From positions 9,548,001 to 9,612,000 of the forward strand of contig JBHGNT010000018.1 in assembly GCA_043228905.1 (NCBI GenBank): DNA of 64,000 nucleotides, read 5' to 3'. The notes below the pieces were generated by a model, which saw only the letters and a list, made by a program, of their open reading frames with translations, searched no databases and was not told where the DNA came from. Of this stretch, positions 24,740 through 39,400 are shown one piece after another. The position numbers and the translations under genes were made by a program. The DNA is from Azolla caroliniana. Lineage: Eukaryota > Plantae > Polypodiophyta. Within the stretch, counting starts at the first letter, position 1; every line of letters starts with the position of its first letter.

Positions 24740-27700
24740 ATGGGAAGTTAAGAGAGCTGGAGAACCAAGAAGCACTCTCGGAGCCACGAATCAACCAAGA
24801 AGTTGTTTTGGAGCCACAAATCAATGTGGTGCTTCAAGTGATTGAAAGAATGATGCAAAGCCAAGAACGTGCAACTGCTCTTCAATGAATCAATCATGCT
24901 ATTGACAAGCTTGTAGAGCAAATAGGTCTCTTTGAAGGTAAAAATATAACTAAATTCTTACAAGCATATGTTACAAGAAGGATTAAATCAACATGATGTT
25001 CAAATGAATTTTGTGAGGATGGTTTAACTCCCTTTGAGAAATAGAGTCTTTGAACGATTGGGTTGCATTTGAGCAAGCTTTATTAAATGAATACATGCTT
25101 GCTGATATAATCTGAGCATCAAGGAGGAGTTTCTTGGATTGGGTGGACAAAGAGGACATGAAGATTTCGGTGATGGAGTTGTTGAAATAGTTTGAAGCTC
25201 GTTGTAATCAATTAATGACGACTGAAAGAACTCTTTTGGAACAAGAGAAGGTCATATTATTCTTGAAGGCATCAGACTGATCCTATCGAGAAAAATTAGT
25301 TTCATTCCTTGAAGACTGGACTAGTGTCTGATTGGAATCAAGTACATAAATCTTGCAACAGAATCAACAAAAGAGCCCAATGGTGTGAGGATCTTTCGAT
25401 TTCCGGAGGTATGAAAGATGAAGTGATGACAATGATCAGGGAGGATACTGGGAATCCGTTAACTATTTCCAAGGTACCCGAAACAGTGACAGACGATCTT
25501 ATCAAAGGTATAAAGGATCTTTCATTACATGTTGCAAAGTTACAAGAAGAAAAATCCTCACAACCCCAAAAAGATTTTGAAAGAAGATGCATATGGTGTG
25601 ATAGCGTCGCCCATTCAAGAGGAGGGTGTGATAACTATCAAGAAGCGATAGAAAGAGGGGTGATATTCTTCAAAGATGGTAAGATTCATTCTTTTGAAAC
25701 TCTATTACCTCTCCGAACTAACTTTAGAAGAGGTGGTATGAGAAGGATCATTGACGACGCGGAAATAACTAGGACACAAGCTTTCTATCAACCAACAACT
25801 ACGGTCATCCATGTTGGTGAAGGAGGATCTGAATCTGAATTTTGGCCGTGTATTTTGAAAGCTGCAAGAAAGGGTAAAATCGAGTTTGAAAAGTTGAAGT
25901 TTGGAGGTGATGTTGTCTGAAGCAAAACTGGTTGGCACGACCCAATGGATGGCCTCTTAGCTTTCGCGAAGGTTGCAACAACCCAAGCCCATGAAGCGAT
26001 CAATGAAGAGAAACGGAAATGGGCAGAAAATGAAGATAACAAGAAGAGGGAGCTAAGAAGCACTAAAAAGAGGGAGAGAAAAAGTCCAAAAATGGTAAGC
26101 CCTAACATTGAAAAAGGTAAGGATAAGAAGAGTCCCTCGTTTAAATTATTATCTGATATTGAAGCTTCAACTGATTTAAAAAAAGTATTGTAAGAAAGAA
26201 TTTTAGATAGCAAAGTGGAACATTCCTTGAGGAAACTTTTGGGCATATCTAAAAAAGAATTTCATGATGCAATAATAGATGGAATTAAAAGAAAACCACA
26301 AAGTATTGAAGCCGCCGAAAACCCAGGAAGTGAAGTAAAGAAAGAAACGGTGGAAGTCCTCAAAGGTGAACCAAGCTCTTCCATTGTTGGTACACAAGCT
26401 ATTGCGACGACAACTTTTGAAGAGAAGCCAAAAGAGCTAAAAAGTTGCTATGCTAAGAAACATTGGGCAAGAGCAACAACTGAGACACCCTTGAAGATTG
26501 AAAGCCTTAATTGACCATGGCTCAGAAATTAATCTAATTTCTTATGATATTTATAGGAAAGGCGGATGGCCAATGGAAACGAATCATGGGTGGAGGTTGA
26601 AATCAACTAATTCAATGACCGAGCAACTTCGTGGAGCTTGCCCAAACATCAAAGTCACCATTGGAGATGTGCTAATGGAGCAACACCTAGTGATTCTTGG
26701 TCAACCATACATCACATCTTCTAGGATGGAGATGAAGGTGCTTGAAGATGGTTTGGCATATGCTAGGATTCGAAGTACTTATGGTAAAAGAAGTGTTCAA
26801 TTTCTTACTATTAGGCAGGAGCATGATAGAAAGAAAGAAGAATTACGAATTAACTCATGTGAGCATGATATGTCATCTTATGAGTCGGATTTTTAAATAG
26901 GATCATTGATGGGCAGGGACACAATGGTCCCAAAGCTTTTCTTTCCTTGCAAAAATGTTTTTCAATTAATAACACAATCAAGACTTTGTCTAATACAATG
27001 GATGGATTTACCTATTACTTTGGTGTGGAAAGTCATACACAAAATAAAGGGAGTAGGAAGATGTTGGATGCATTGTGCACTTTAGGGATGATTGAAAGGG
27101 ATGACATAATTTCTGGTATGTTTCTTGAATATTCAAATGTGGATATAGTCAAAATATTAGAAAATTGCTTGAATGAGAAAGAATGCGACAAGAGATTTGT
27201 TCATGTAAATTCTGTTGATATGTACCTTCATATTGCTGATTTTATTGAAAAAAATGGTTGTATAGCTAATAGTGAAATAGTTGGCAATAGCTATCATGAA
27301 ATGGCTAAAAACGCAAGTAAAAATAATTATGCAATAAAAATTAACACTAAATATAAAACAATAGACAAAAAGGTCAAGCCCGTGGCCATGCATCTACCTA
27401 TGGATAGTACTGAAATGAAAAAGAATGACGTGTTTGAGCCAACATTGCGGGATTCTAAGGATATTGGTCATAAGTTTACAAATGCTACTCAAGATCAACT
27501 AAAAATTGGTGAGAATGATTTTCTTTTGCCTGTTGAGATACAATGTTTTCGAAATATGATTGCTAGTCATGGGAAAGCATTTGCATTTGAGTTGAGTGAA
27601 ATTGGTTGTGTAGATCCCACAATTGTGGAATCAATGATTATATTTACAATTTTGCATATTCCCTGTTCCTCGGCCCAAATACCGCAAGTAATAGCTTGGC

Positions 27701-30346
27701 TTAAGGAAAAAATAGAAATGGGTATCTTAGAGCAATCAGACGCCCCCTACTCGAATAAGTGGTTTACTGTACCTAAAAAGAATGGTTCATTAAGGTTCAT
27801 TAAGGATTTACGGCCTGTCAATAGGGTTACTATTCGAAATGTCGGAGTTGGACCGATTGTAGATGTCTTTACAGAAGCTTTTGCAGGAAGAGCTATATAT
27901 TGTATGTGTGATTTGTATTCAGGATATGATCAATTTTAGCTTTCTATTGATAGTCGTGATATAACTACTATAAGAACACCAATTGGATTGATGCGAATGT
28001 GTACATTGCCTCAAGGTGCTACAAATTTTGTAGCACATATGGTGAATGCTATGAATAAAATTTTAAGAGATTTTGTGCCAAAAATAACTATGCCTTTTCT
28101 AGATGATGTTCCAATTAAAGGATGCTTGATGAATAAGAAGGATGAAAAACTCATGCCGAACGGATGTAGAAAGTTTGTTGCCGACCACATTGATGCTTGT
28201 GAAAGAATCCTTTCAAGGTTAGAAGAGGTTCATCTTACATTTTCAGGTCAAAAATCTATGTTTGGGGTTCCCGAAGTTCTGATTGTAGGGCACATGTGTG
28301 GACCCTACGGAAGAAATCCATCCCCAATTAAGGTAAATGCAATTCAAAATCTAAAGGATGATTGTAAATCTCTAACAGAAGTGCGTAGGGTTTTGGGTGC
28401 TTGTGTGTTTTATCGAATTTGGATTCCACATTTCGCACATGTGGTTGATCCGCTTTATGGGTTGCTTAAGAAGAATTCAAGTTTCCTTTGGACTAATGTA
28501 CATACAGATGCAATTCGCCAACTAAGGGAAAGGTTGTTGAATGCCCTTGTTTTACGGAAGGCTAGGTATGATAGTGAGCACCCCATCATTGTTATTGTGG
28601 ATACAAGTCCAATCGGGATCGGTTGGGCTGTTAGCCGAAAAGAGAAGGATGGGTTGAGATACACAGTTCGATTTGGTGCAAAAATCTTAACAGAACGCAA
28701 AAGAGCTTACCCACAGATTAAAAGAGAGTTATGGGGTATTAAAACAGATCGTGAATACTTAATTGGTGTTGAAGTTGTGGTTGAAACAGATTGTCATCCA
28801 TTGTTAGGAATGATTTCAAGTTGTGAAACATCTAATATAGCTATGCTTAGATGGATAGATTACATAAAATCACTATGTCCTGAAATCAAGCACATTGCAG
28901 GAACGGATAACCCAGTTGCCGATATGCTCTCAAGAGTGAGGTTTAAAGGTAAAAGTACTATGGTAATGACTGATGAAGAAGATGAGAGTTTTGATTTCTT
29001 TTCCATAAATTGTAACTTGAAGGGCTCATGCGATTTGGGTGTTCATGTTATTCTTCGTGAATCTGAGTACGAGGGGGAGATGTTACAAATTGGAAAATAC
29101 TTGAGTACTCATGAGAAAGATGGAACATGGTCAAGGGAGCTATTTCATAAAATAAGAAATAAAGCTTATAAATTTTTTCTTCATGAGGGATATCTTTGGA
29201 GACATCCAAAAGTTGTGAAAGGGATTCGGCAAAGAGTGATTGGAAGAAGGGAAGAGCAACAAAAACTAATATTTGAATTTCATGCTATTTTATGGGCAGA
29301 TCATCGTGGAGTTTGGGCCACCTACTCAAAATTAAAAGAGACGTTTTGGTGGGTTGGAATGTACAATGATGTTGCAGATTATGTACAATCATGTGAGAAC
29401 TGCCAAATGTATTCGAATATTTGGCATCGCGATGGGTTGCAACCTACTTATTCTTTATCTCTACATTATAAATTGGTTGTGGATATTGTAATGATGCCTA
29501 TGGGGGTTTGGCAAATGAGATATCTTGTATTGGCAAGAGAAGATTTGACAAATCAATTGGAAGGCCGAGCCCTACGCCAAAAAACCACTTTAGCTATTTG
29601 TAAGTTCCTTCTTGAAGATGTGATATGTACGTATGGGTGCATTGGGAAGATTGTTGTAGACAGAGGAGAACTAGATTCTAACAACGTTGAACAATTTTTT
29701 TCAAGAATGGGAATTCAACAGTCCTTAACTATGACATATAACCCTGAAGCTAATGGGAAGGTTGAGCGTGGACATAGCCCTATAGTAAAAGCTTTGGTGA
29801 AACCTTGTGATGGCAAGATAGCTAACTGGCCTCATCTGTTACCGTATGCACTATGGGCTGACCGCACTACTCACAGTTCCGTAACTGGGTTTATGCCATC
29901 AAAATTGATACTTGATCAAAAGCATATTATGCCAGTAGAGCAATCAATATTTTCCTGGGTTTCCTTGCCATGGGCAGATGAAATGAGTCGAGAAAATTTG
30001 CTTGATCTTAGAATAAGACAACTAGAAAGAAGGGATGAAGATGTTCAAATAGCTATGGAAAGGATGAAACAATGTCAACTACAGAACAAAGAAAGATTTG
30101 ATACAACCCATCGCCTTTGACCAAGAAAGCTCCAAGAAGGTGATTGGGTCATAGTTTATGATAGCAGCTTGGATATCCAACATAGTACTTCTCGCAAATT
30201 TGCCAAAAGATGGTTCGGGCCATGTATGATTAGACAAGTGAATACAAATGTAGCGTATTTCCTAACTGAAATGGATGGAGTTGCTTTGAACTTACCAATT
30301 GCAGGAAACCGAATTAAGCTATTCAAGAGAGGGAAGATCAAAGCAA
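24740..30346 (+). pseudogene. gag-pol: gag-pol of Gypsy D with many stops and frameshifts
   Basis: ORFs 25309-25920 (CIWCDSVAH), 26498-26896, 26947-27939, 27988-30120, 30169-30360; homologous to Gypsy A pol. Confidence 0.88.
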
Positions 30347-33300
30347 CATTCATGGTCTAGGATAGTGAATTCAAATCTACACAAACTAGAGGTGGGTTTC
30401 AGACCCAACAAATCCAAAACTCTAACAATGAATTATACATTAAGGGTTTACCATGGAAGCAAAAACTCATAGTGTGATGGGTAGTGAGTGACCAAAATGA
30501 ATAAGGTATTTTGCATTTATAGAGTCCTAGAGATGTCTAATACTTCCTCAAAAATTAATTACAATCATTCATTTGTGAGCTATAACTAAGCATTTCACAT
30601 ACATTGATTATTTATTCCCCAATTGTGAGGCTTTCATTAGTAATTAAACAAATTCAAAGGATAGTCGACTCTTCCGTTTCTAGCCAAGATTTGGTACTTG
30701 TAGCTCATTGCATAGAATGTTTATTTCCTAAGCAGATGGTTCAAGTTTGACCCCTTCCTAGTGTGATTGAAACAAAGATCATTCATTTCCTTTGTATTCA
30801 CAATGTTGTATTTGGTTTATCTGTTGTAGATCGAGCTTTACCCAATCTTATGTGCATAACACTAATAACATACTCCACATTCATGGTCTAGGAGAGTGAA
30901 TTCAAATTCGCACAAACTAGAGGTGGGTTTCAGACCCAACAAATACAAAACTCTACCAATTTATTATATATTAAGGATTTACCATGCAAGCAAAAACTTA
31001 TACTAAAATGGGTTCGAAGTGACTAAAAGGAATGAGGTATTTTGCAATTCGAGACTACTATAGATGTTCAGTATTTCCTAAAAAATCGATTGCGGTGATT
31101 AATTTTTGAGCTATAATTAGCCATTTCACATACATTGATTATATATTCACCAATTCAAAGGCCTTGATTAGTAATTAGAAAAATTAGTAGAATAGTGGAC
31201 CCTTTCTTTGAGAACCCATATTTTTCACTTGTAGTTCAGGGGATAGATCATGTGTTTCCTAATCGAAAGGCTGAAGGTTGGACATCTTCCTACTGCGATT
31301 CCAACAATAACCATTCATTACCTTTATATTCAAAATGATGGATTTATTTTATGTGTCGAGGATCAAGGTTTACCCAATCTCATGTGTAGAACACCACTAA
31401 GATACTCCACATTCCTTGTTTGGGATAGTGAATTTAAATTTCCATAAATTAGAGGTGGCTTTTTGACCTAACAAATGCAAAACTCTAACAATCTATTATA
31501 CATTAAAGGTTTACCATGGAAACAAAAACTCATAGTGTGATGGGTCCTAAGTGACAAAAATGAATGAGCTATTTTGCATTTAGAGAGTCCTATAGATGTT
31601 CGATACTTCCTCAAAAATTAATTACGATCATTCATTTGTGAGCTATAACTAAGCATTTCACATACATTGATTATTCATTCCCCAATTCAGAGGCATTTAT
31701 TAGTAATTAAACAAATTCAAAAGATAGTCGACTATTCTGTTTACAACCAAGATTTGGTACTTGTAGCTCATTGGATAGAATGTTTATTTCCTAAGAAGAT
31801 GGTTCAAGCTCGACCCCTTCCTAGTACGATTGAAACAATGATCATTCATTTCCTTTGTATTCACAATGTTGTATTTGGTTTATCTGTTGCAGATCGAGCT
31901 TAACCCAATCTTATGTGCAGAACACTAATAACATACTCCACATTCATGGTCTAGGATAGTGAATTCAAATTTGCACAAACTAGAGATGGGTTGCAGACCC
32001 AACAAATGCAAAACTCTAGCGATGTATTATATATGAAGGATTTACAATACAAACAAAAACTTATACTATAATGGATCTGAAGTGACCAAAAGGAATGAGG
32101 TATTTTGCAATTAGAGACTGGTATACATGTTTAGTATTTCCTAAAAAATCGATTCCGGTGATTCATTTGTGATCTATAACTAAGCATTTCACATACATTG
32201 ATTATTTATTCCCGAATTCAGAGTCATTGATTAGTTATTAGAGAAATTCATACGATAGTCGACTATTACTTTTGGTGCAAAGATTTGGCACTTGTAGCTT
32301 AGTGGATTGAGCTTCTGTTTCCTAAGAAATAGACCGAAGGTTTGACTCCTTCCTAGTGTGATTGAAACGATGATCAATGATTTCCTTTGTATTCACAATG
32401 TTGTACTTGGTTTATCTGTCGCAGATCGAGGTTTACCCAATCTTATGTGCATAACACTACTAAGATACTCTACATTCTTCGCCTAGGATAGTGAATTCAA
32501 ATTTGCATAAACTAGAGATGGTTTTCAAACCCAACAAATGCAAAAGTCTAATGTTTTATTATACATTAAGGGTTTACCATGGAAGCAAAAACTCATACCC
32601 AAGTGCCCAAAACAAATGAGGTATTTTGCAATTAGAGACTAGTATAGATGTTCAGTATTTCTTAAAAAATCGATTGCGGTGATTAATTTGTGTGCTATAA
32701 TTAGCCATTTCACATACATTGATTATATATTCACCAATTCAAAGGCCTTGATTAGTAATTAGAAAAATTAGTAGAATAGTGGACCCTTTCTTTGAGAACC
32801 CATATTTGTCACTTGTAGTTCAGGGGATAGATCATGTGTTTCCTAATCGAAAGGTTGAAGGTTGGACACCTTCCTAGTTCGATTCTAACAATAACCATTC
32901 ATTACCTTTATATTCAAAATGATGGATTTATTTTATGTGTCGAGGATCAAGGTTTACCCAATCTCATGTGTAGAACACCACTAAGATACTCCACATTCCT
33001 TGTTTGGGATAGTGAATTTAAATTGGCATAAATTAGAGGTGGCTTTCTGACCCAACAAATGCAAAACTCTAACGATGTATTATACATTAAGGGTTTACCA
33101 TGGAAACAAAAATTCATAGTATGATGGGTCCTGAGTCACAAAAATGAATGAGGTCTTTTGGATTTAGAGAGTCCTATAGATGTTCAATACTTCCTCAATG
33201 AATTAAAATAAGATGATTCATTTGTGAGCTATAACTAAGCATTTCACGTACATTTATTATTTATTCCCCAATTGAGATTGATTAGGAATTAGAGAAATTC

Positions 33301-35609
33301 ATACGATAGTCGACTCTTTTTTTTGGTGGCACGATGAAGCACTTATAGCTCAATGGATAGAGCGCGTCTATTTCCTTAGCAAAAGGCTGAAGGTTCAACC
33401 CCTTCCTAGTGTGATTGAAACAATGATCATTCATTTCCTTCATATTCACAATGTTGTATTTGGTTTATCTGTCGCAGATCGAGGATTGTAACCCAATCTT
33501 ATGTGTGTAACACTACTAAGATACTCCACATTCATGGTCTAGGATAATGAATTCAAATTTGCACAAACTAGAGGTGGGTTTTAGACCCAACAAATGCAAA
33601 ATTCTAGCGATGTATTATATATTCAGGATTTACCATGCAAGCAAAAATTTATACTATGATGCGTCCCAAATGACCAATAGGAACGAGGAATTTTGCAATT
33701 AGCAATTAATACAGATGTTCAGTATTTCCTGAAAAATTGATTGCGGTGATTCATTTGTTAGCTATAATTAGCCAATTCACATACATTGATTATATATTCA
33801 CCAATTCAGAGACATAGATTAATAATTATAAAAATTAATAGAATAGTGGACCCTTTCTTTTAGAAACAATATTTGCAACTTGTAGTTTAGTGGATAGAGC
33901 GTCTGTTTCCTAGCGAAAGGGTGAAGGTTGGACCCGTTCCTAGTGCGATTCAAACAATAACCATTCATTACCTTTATATTCAAAATGTTGTATTTATTTT
34001 ATGTGTCAAGGATCGAGGTTTATCCAATCTCATTTGCATAACACTAGTAAGATACTCCACTTTCCTTGTCTGGGATAGTGAATTTACACTAAGCGTTTAT
34101 CATGGAAGCAAAAACTCATAGTGTAATGGGTCCTGAGTGACCAAAATGAATAAGGTATTTTGCATTTAGAGACTCCTATAGATGTTTTATACTTCCTCAA
34201 AAATTAATTACGATCATTCGTTTGTGAGCTATAACTAAGCATTTTACATACATTGATTATCTATTCCCCAATTCAGAGGTATTCATTAGTAATTAGACAA
34301 ATTCAAAGCATAGTCAACACTTTTGTTTACAGCCAAGATTTTGTAGCTCATTGGATAGAGCGTCTATTTCCTATGCAGAAGGTTGAAGTTTCGACCCCTT
34401 CCTAGTGTGATTCAAACAATGATCATTCATTTCCGTTGTATTCACAATGTCATATTTGGTTTTGTTGGGAGACAGGTCCCTCCGGATGGGAAGGGAGAAG
34501 AATAGTGTGGATGAACAAACTCGGCCGAGGCCAAAATCGGATGAGGAGTACCCGGCTATGGAGAGCCGGATGGTGCAGGCCCGGTGTGAACCGGATGAGG
34601 AGTACTCGGCTACGGAGAGCCGGATGGTGCAGGCCCGGTGTGAACCGGATGAGGAGTACTCGGCTAATCACACCGGATGAGGAGTACTCGGCTACGGAGA
34701 GCCGGATGACGCAGACCCGGTGCGAACCGGAGGAAGAGACATATTCGTAAATATGTTTCTGAGAGCCCATCGAGGCTACATTTGTAAATAGCCGAAAAGT
34801 CATATTAGTATAAATATGACTTAGGGCAAGCTTTTAGTGGTTGTTGTTAATTTTTTGGAGTTGTCATTATTTTTTTCTTGTTGGTGCAAGAAGAAGAGTC
34901 AGCACGTAACAGTGTACAAAGAGAGAGAGAGAGAGAGAGAGAAAGAGGTCGCTGCCTCTGTTGTAACCGCCGCTTGTGGCGAAGATCATGAGCACGAGGT
35001 CGTTGCCTCCGTGAACTCACTGTTTTGTACATTACTACATAGTGACAGTTTGCAGCCTATGGGCTGCCGTGGTTTTTCCCCTAGTTTGGGGTTTTCCACG
35101 TAAACCTCCTGTGTAATATCTTCCTCTTCTCTGTGTCGTGTTTTATTTCCCATTTTCTGTGTATCATTCTAAGCTCGGTTGTGGCCGAGCGTTGCGCATA
35201 AGGAACGTTGAGTTCCCGTCAGGTTTAAATGTCACCAATCGAGGTTTACCCAATCTTATGTGCATAACACGAATAAGATACTCCACATTCATGGTCTAGG
35301 ATAGTGAATTCAAATTTGCACAAACTAGAGGTGGGTTTTAGACCCAACAAATGGAAAACTTTAGCAATGTATTATATATTAAGGATTTACAATGCAAACA
35401 ATAACTTATGCTATGATGGGTCCCAAGTGACCAAAAGGAATAAGGTATTTTACAATTAGAGACTAGTATAAATGTTCAGTATTTCCTAAAAAACGATTTT
35501 TGTGATTCATTTGTGAACTATAACTAAGCATTTCACACACATTGATTATTTATGCCCCAATTCAGAGTCAATACTCAGGAATTAGAGAAATTCGTTGGAT
35601 AGTTGACTC
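30347..35609 (+). repeat. tRNA-Arg-derived satellite, left degenerate layer (~530-bp monomers)
   Basis: Pseudo-tRNA starts near 30694, 31225, 31757, 32288, 32809, 33339, 33875, 34340 (spacing mostly 521-536 bp); shared spacer motifs such as CACATACATTGATTAT and GAGGTATTTTGCA. Confidence 0.92.
34463..35221 (+). mobile_element. Solo LTR of a Copia related to 779-6414
   Basis: TGTTGGGA...TCCCGTCA, TSD GGTTT (34458-34462 and 35222-35226); shares GGTCCCTCCGGATGGGA, GAGTACCCGG repeats, TATAAATATGACTTAGGGCA and (GA)n with the Copia LTR. Confidence 0.92.
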
Positions 35610-35964
35610 AAAACCCTCCAACATTTTCTACAAACTCCTTGTATACCCCTCCGTTACTTTCTAATATTCCCCAACCTAACCCCCTTCCCCCTTTTTGTAA
35701 TGACCCCCACCCATATTTTCCCCCCAACACTTTGTATAATTCTGGTCTTTCCCCTCCCCCTATTTCTAACACATCCCCCTCCCCCCCTAATATCTTCACA
35801 CACTCCCTCTCCTTTCTTAATAATTCCACACATGCACCCTCCCCCCCCCTATTCTCATATAATTTGAAAAATAACCCCTCCCTATTTACATATAATACCC
35901 CTCCCCTTTTTCCTAAGTCTAACAAACTAAAACTCTGTCTTATACATGTAGACCAAAAAACGGG

Positions 35965-36409
35965 TGTTAGCCGGCTGGCAAGGGAAGTCCAGAATGGGAA
36001 AAGGGGGATAATTAATAACCGGGAGCTGATTATCTATAATATTTAGAAGGATATTTTGAGAAGCGAACGGACGGATCGGAATCGGTATGCCGATCCAGAT
36101 CCGGACCGGTTCGTAGCCGGTTGCCGGTTGGCACCGGTTTGTACTTAGAATCGAGGACCTATAAAAGGGCCCAGTTAGATTGTAATCATTAGTGGATAAT
36201 TAATAAAGTGTTGTTGTTCTATATCTTAACCAGTGTTAATTACCGTTCTGTGCTACGTGTGTATTGTGATTAATGATCTTGCCGATTAGTAACCACTTAG
36301 GGTTTCATTAATACTTCGGTCTAAGTTTATCTCACTGCAAGACCCCTTTGGTGAAGTGTCTCAAAGGGACACCCTGTGTTAGGGCATTGTCCGGCCCCTA
36401 GCGATAACA
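35965..36409 (+). repeat. 5' LTR of Gypsy E
   Basis: Direct repeat of 45474-45932; CTATAAAAGGG TATA box. Confidence 0.93.
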
Positions 36410-36451
36410 CAGTTTTTGGTGACCACGGTTCCTCCACAACGGCAGGAATGG

Positions 36452-39400
36452 ATGACTAGACCAACGAACGACCCGGTTACGGAGCGAGCAAGAAGACTTG
36501 TCGAACGATTGCGGAAGCGAGAGGCTTTCCATCAGGTGGCAGAAGAGATCCGTGCGGATCGATCACTTTCCAAAGTAATCCGGCGAGTGGCCGCGGATTC
36601 ACTTCGCATGTAACAAATTTCCCACCCGGACGAAGGAAGCAGCTTGAGCATTCTCCGGGATGCGGGATCCATTTTGCATGCATTAGCGATAGTGGAAGGC
36701 GATTCAGAACCGCTCTCAACCCTCGAATCGGATTCGGACGGCGAATGTAGTGCCCATTCGAATTGCCATAGTAGCCACAACATCCCAGACGGACTGGAGG
36801 AGGAGTAGTCAAATACCTTGCCAACACCAAAACCGGAGTTAACGGAACTGGAAGCCCCAAACTGGCAAGTGGCGGATCAACTTCTAACATCGCCACGTGA
36901 AACACCGAAAGAAGAGGAGGAAAGACCTCTCACACCGAAAGAAGCGGAGGGGAGACCCCTGACACCACCAACCCATGTTCCGACACTGAACGACGACATG
37001 CCGTTCCAATATCCAAAGTACCGGGATGATCCGGACGTGGAAGCTCATGTCTATGCATTTCTACAAACATGGGAAGCAAACCATGTGTCGCTACGCTTTA
37101 CCGCCGTCGAAGCAGAACGCTTGAAGATTGTAGTGTTCGGCATGACCTTAAACCCTAAACCCTAAACCAGCCGCGCGATGTCGCTTGACGCACCCTCCGG
37201 ACACCATCACGACGTTTGAGGACTTAAAAACCAGACTTTTACAGTTCTTCAACAAGGAGGTGGATCAACGGGAGATGGTCGACCTATTCTACACCATACG
37301 ACAGGAACCTACGGAAACCATTTAGCAATTTGTAATTTGGTTCCAGCAAATGCACAACCAGCTAAATTGGGCAGCAACCGAAAAGACGCTCACGACCGAG
37401 ACCGGCAGGATAGGTACCGGGATTAGAACGGTGATCGATATGAGAGACACAACCGGGATCACTCCCTAGGTTACAACCAACGGAGGGGGGATCAAGGCAA
37501 TTATATAAACTGGCCCCGATAGGGTTACCAGAACAAAAAACGCTTCAACAAAAAATGGAACATTAGAAAGGAGGACCACCAATGGCAGCCGGACAAGGGC
37601 ACACCAAGGACCCAACTGGACCAAGGCCAAGCACCTAACCAACCACCAATAGGACCTCAACCGGGTACCGAAGTGAATGCCGAATCCAGCAACACCCGAA
37701 AAGTGTACTGCTACTATTGCCGGCAAGAAGGACATTATAGTAATCAATGTCCGGTTAAAAGTTACGAGAAACGACCAACAGTAAATATAGTGGTAGCAGA
37801 AGTCGCCGACATACAACAAGTCACCACCAGGGCAAAAGGCAAAACAACGAAGTGGGAAACACAGGAAGCAATCCGAAAGCAAGCCACTGAGTGGGTGAAA
37901 AAGGCAGATGAGCGGAATGTGGCTGAGCTTGAACAACAAAAGGAGAAACCGGAAGAGGCCACCGACACGATTCAACCGGAAAACCCAACATGGCAAGCGT
38001 TACAAGAATGTCAAATTACACTGTCATTGGGTCAGTTATTATAGCTAGTACCCCAGTTTACGGAAGGGCTGAAATCAGGAATGACCACATCAAATCCGTT
38101 GCCGGCTCCTGCGTTCTTCTCAAATTCGGAAGAAGGGCCAATAGTGGTTGACACGAACAGTCCGGCAATCACTGCCATCATCAAAGGAAGAGAACTACCA
38201 GGCACGATTGTGGACAAAGGATTGGGCATGAATGTGATTAGTCTACGGACTTGTAATACTCTAGGAATCTAGGAATGGGAGCCTTGCCCATTTTGGCTCC
38301 GAATGGCGGATACAAGTTCGGTAAGACCTACCAGTTTGATATGGGATTTAGACATAACTATCAGATGACACACATTCCGTATTTTGGCGGTGGTTCTCCA
38401 GCTCAATGCGCAAGGGACTTACCCATTGTTGTTGGGCCGCCCATGGCTAAAAACGACGCATATCAAACAAAACTGGAGGAAAAACATGATTACCTTCTAG
38501 CGAGGAAAGGCTAAAGTAAGGGTACCTACCCACCCTCAATCGAGTACCGGCAAGGAGCTGACACTACTATATGGGGAAGACGTAAACATGCTCGAGGGGC
38601 TTGCTGACGAAGAGGTCGACCAATACTTAGAAGAAAACCCAAAAATTGTACCCCTATTTGAAATTGATGTAGCAGAAGCCCTGTCACCATATATAACACA
38701 ATCGGATGATGCCGGTGAGGAACCGGATAGGGAAGCTATCAGAGAATGACGACAAGCACAAGAAGCTCTGGAGAGGGAGCTGGCGGTATTTGAATGCGTG
38801 AAAGCATCCCAGTTCGAGGAAGTGAACTTAGGAACCGGGGACGACGCAAGACCGGTTCATATTGCTAAGGAAATGTCACCGTATAAGAAGACGACGATGA
38901 TCACTTTATTAAAGGAATTCTGAGACGTATTCGCCTGGTCCTATGAAGACATACGGGGGCTGGATCCTCAGTTGTACCAACACCAGATACATCTCAATAA
39001 GGATGCCAAACCGGTAGCACAACGGCATTACCGGATGAACCCTAACTATGTAGCAAAAGTCAAAGAGGAAATTGACAAGTTGCTACGGGTTTATCCGACC
39101 AGTGAAAAAAGCTACATGGTTAAGTCCCATAGTCATCGTGCCGAAAAAGAACGGTAAGATCTGGGTGTGTGTCGACTATCGGAAGCTCAATGTGGAAACA
39201 GTGACCAACGCCTTTCCACTTCCATTTACGGATGGAGTGCTGGACACGGTAGCGGGTCATGAAGTGTATAGCTTCCTAGACGGTTTCAGCGGCTACAATC
39301 AAATAAGGATGCACCCCGACGACCAAGACAAGATGGCATTTTATCACCGAATGGGGAATTTTCGTCGTAGTGGTAATGACGTTCGGGCTCAAGACCGCAC

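Larger units (their letters stand above)
24147..30346 (+). mobile_element. Old AT-rich Gypsy D (same broad lineage as A): 5' LTR, PBS and gag-pol; 3' end replaced by satellite
   Basis: LTR TGTCGTG...CGCGACA at 24147-24720; protease ALIDHGSE; RT PKKNGSLRFIKDL; integrase YNPEANGKVER; no PPT or 3' LTR. Confidence 0.9.

Noticed and set aside
36417-36430. Gypsy E primed by the array tRNA
   Set aside because: The array tRNA would need PBS TGGCGCACTAGG; the observed TGGTGACCACGG does not match
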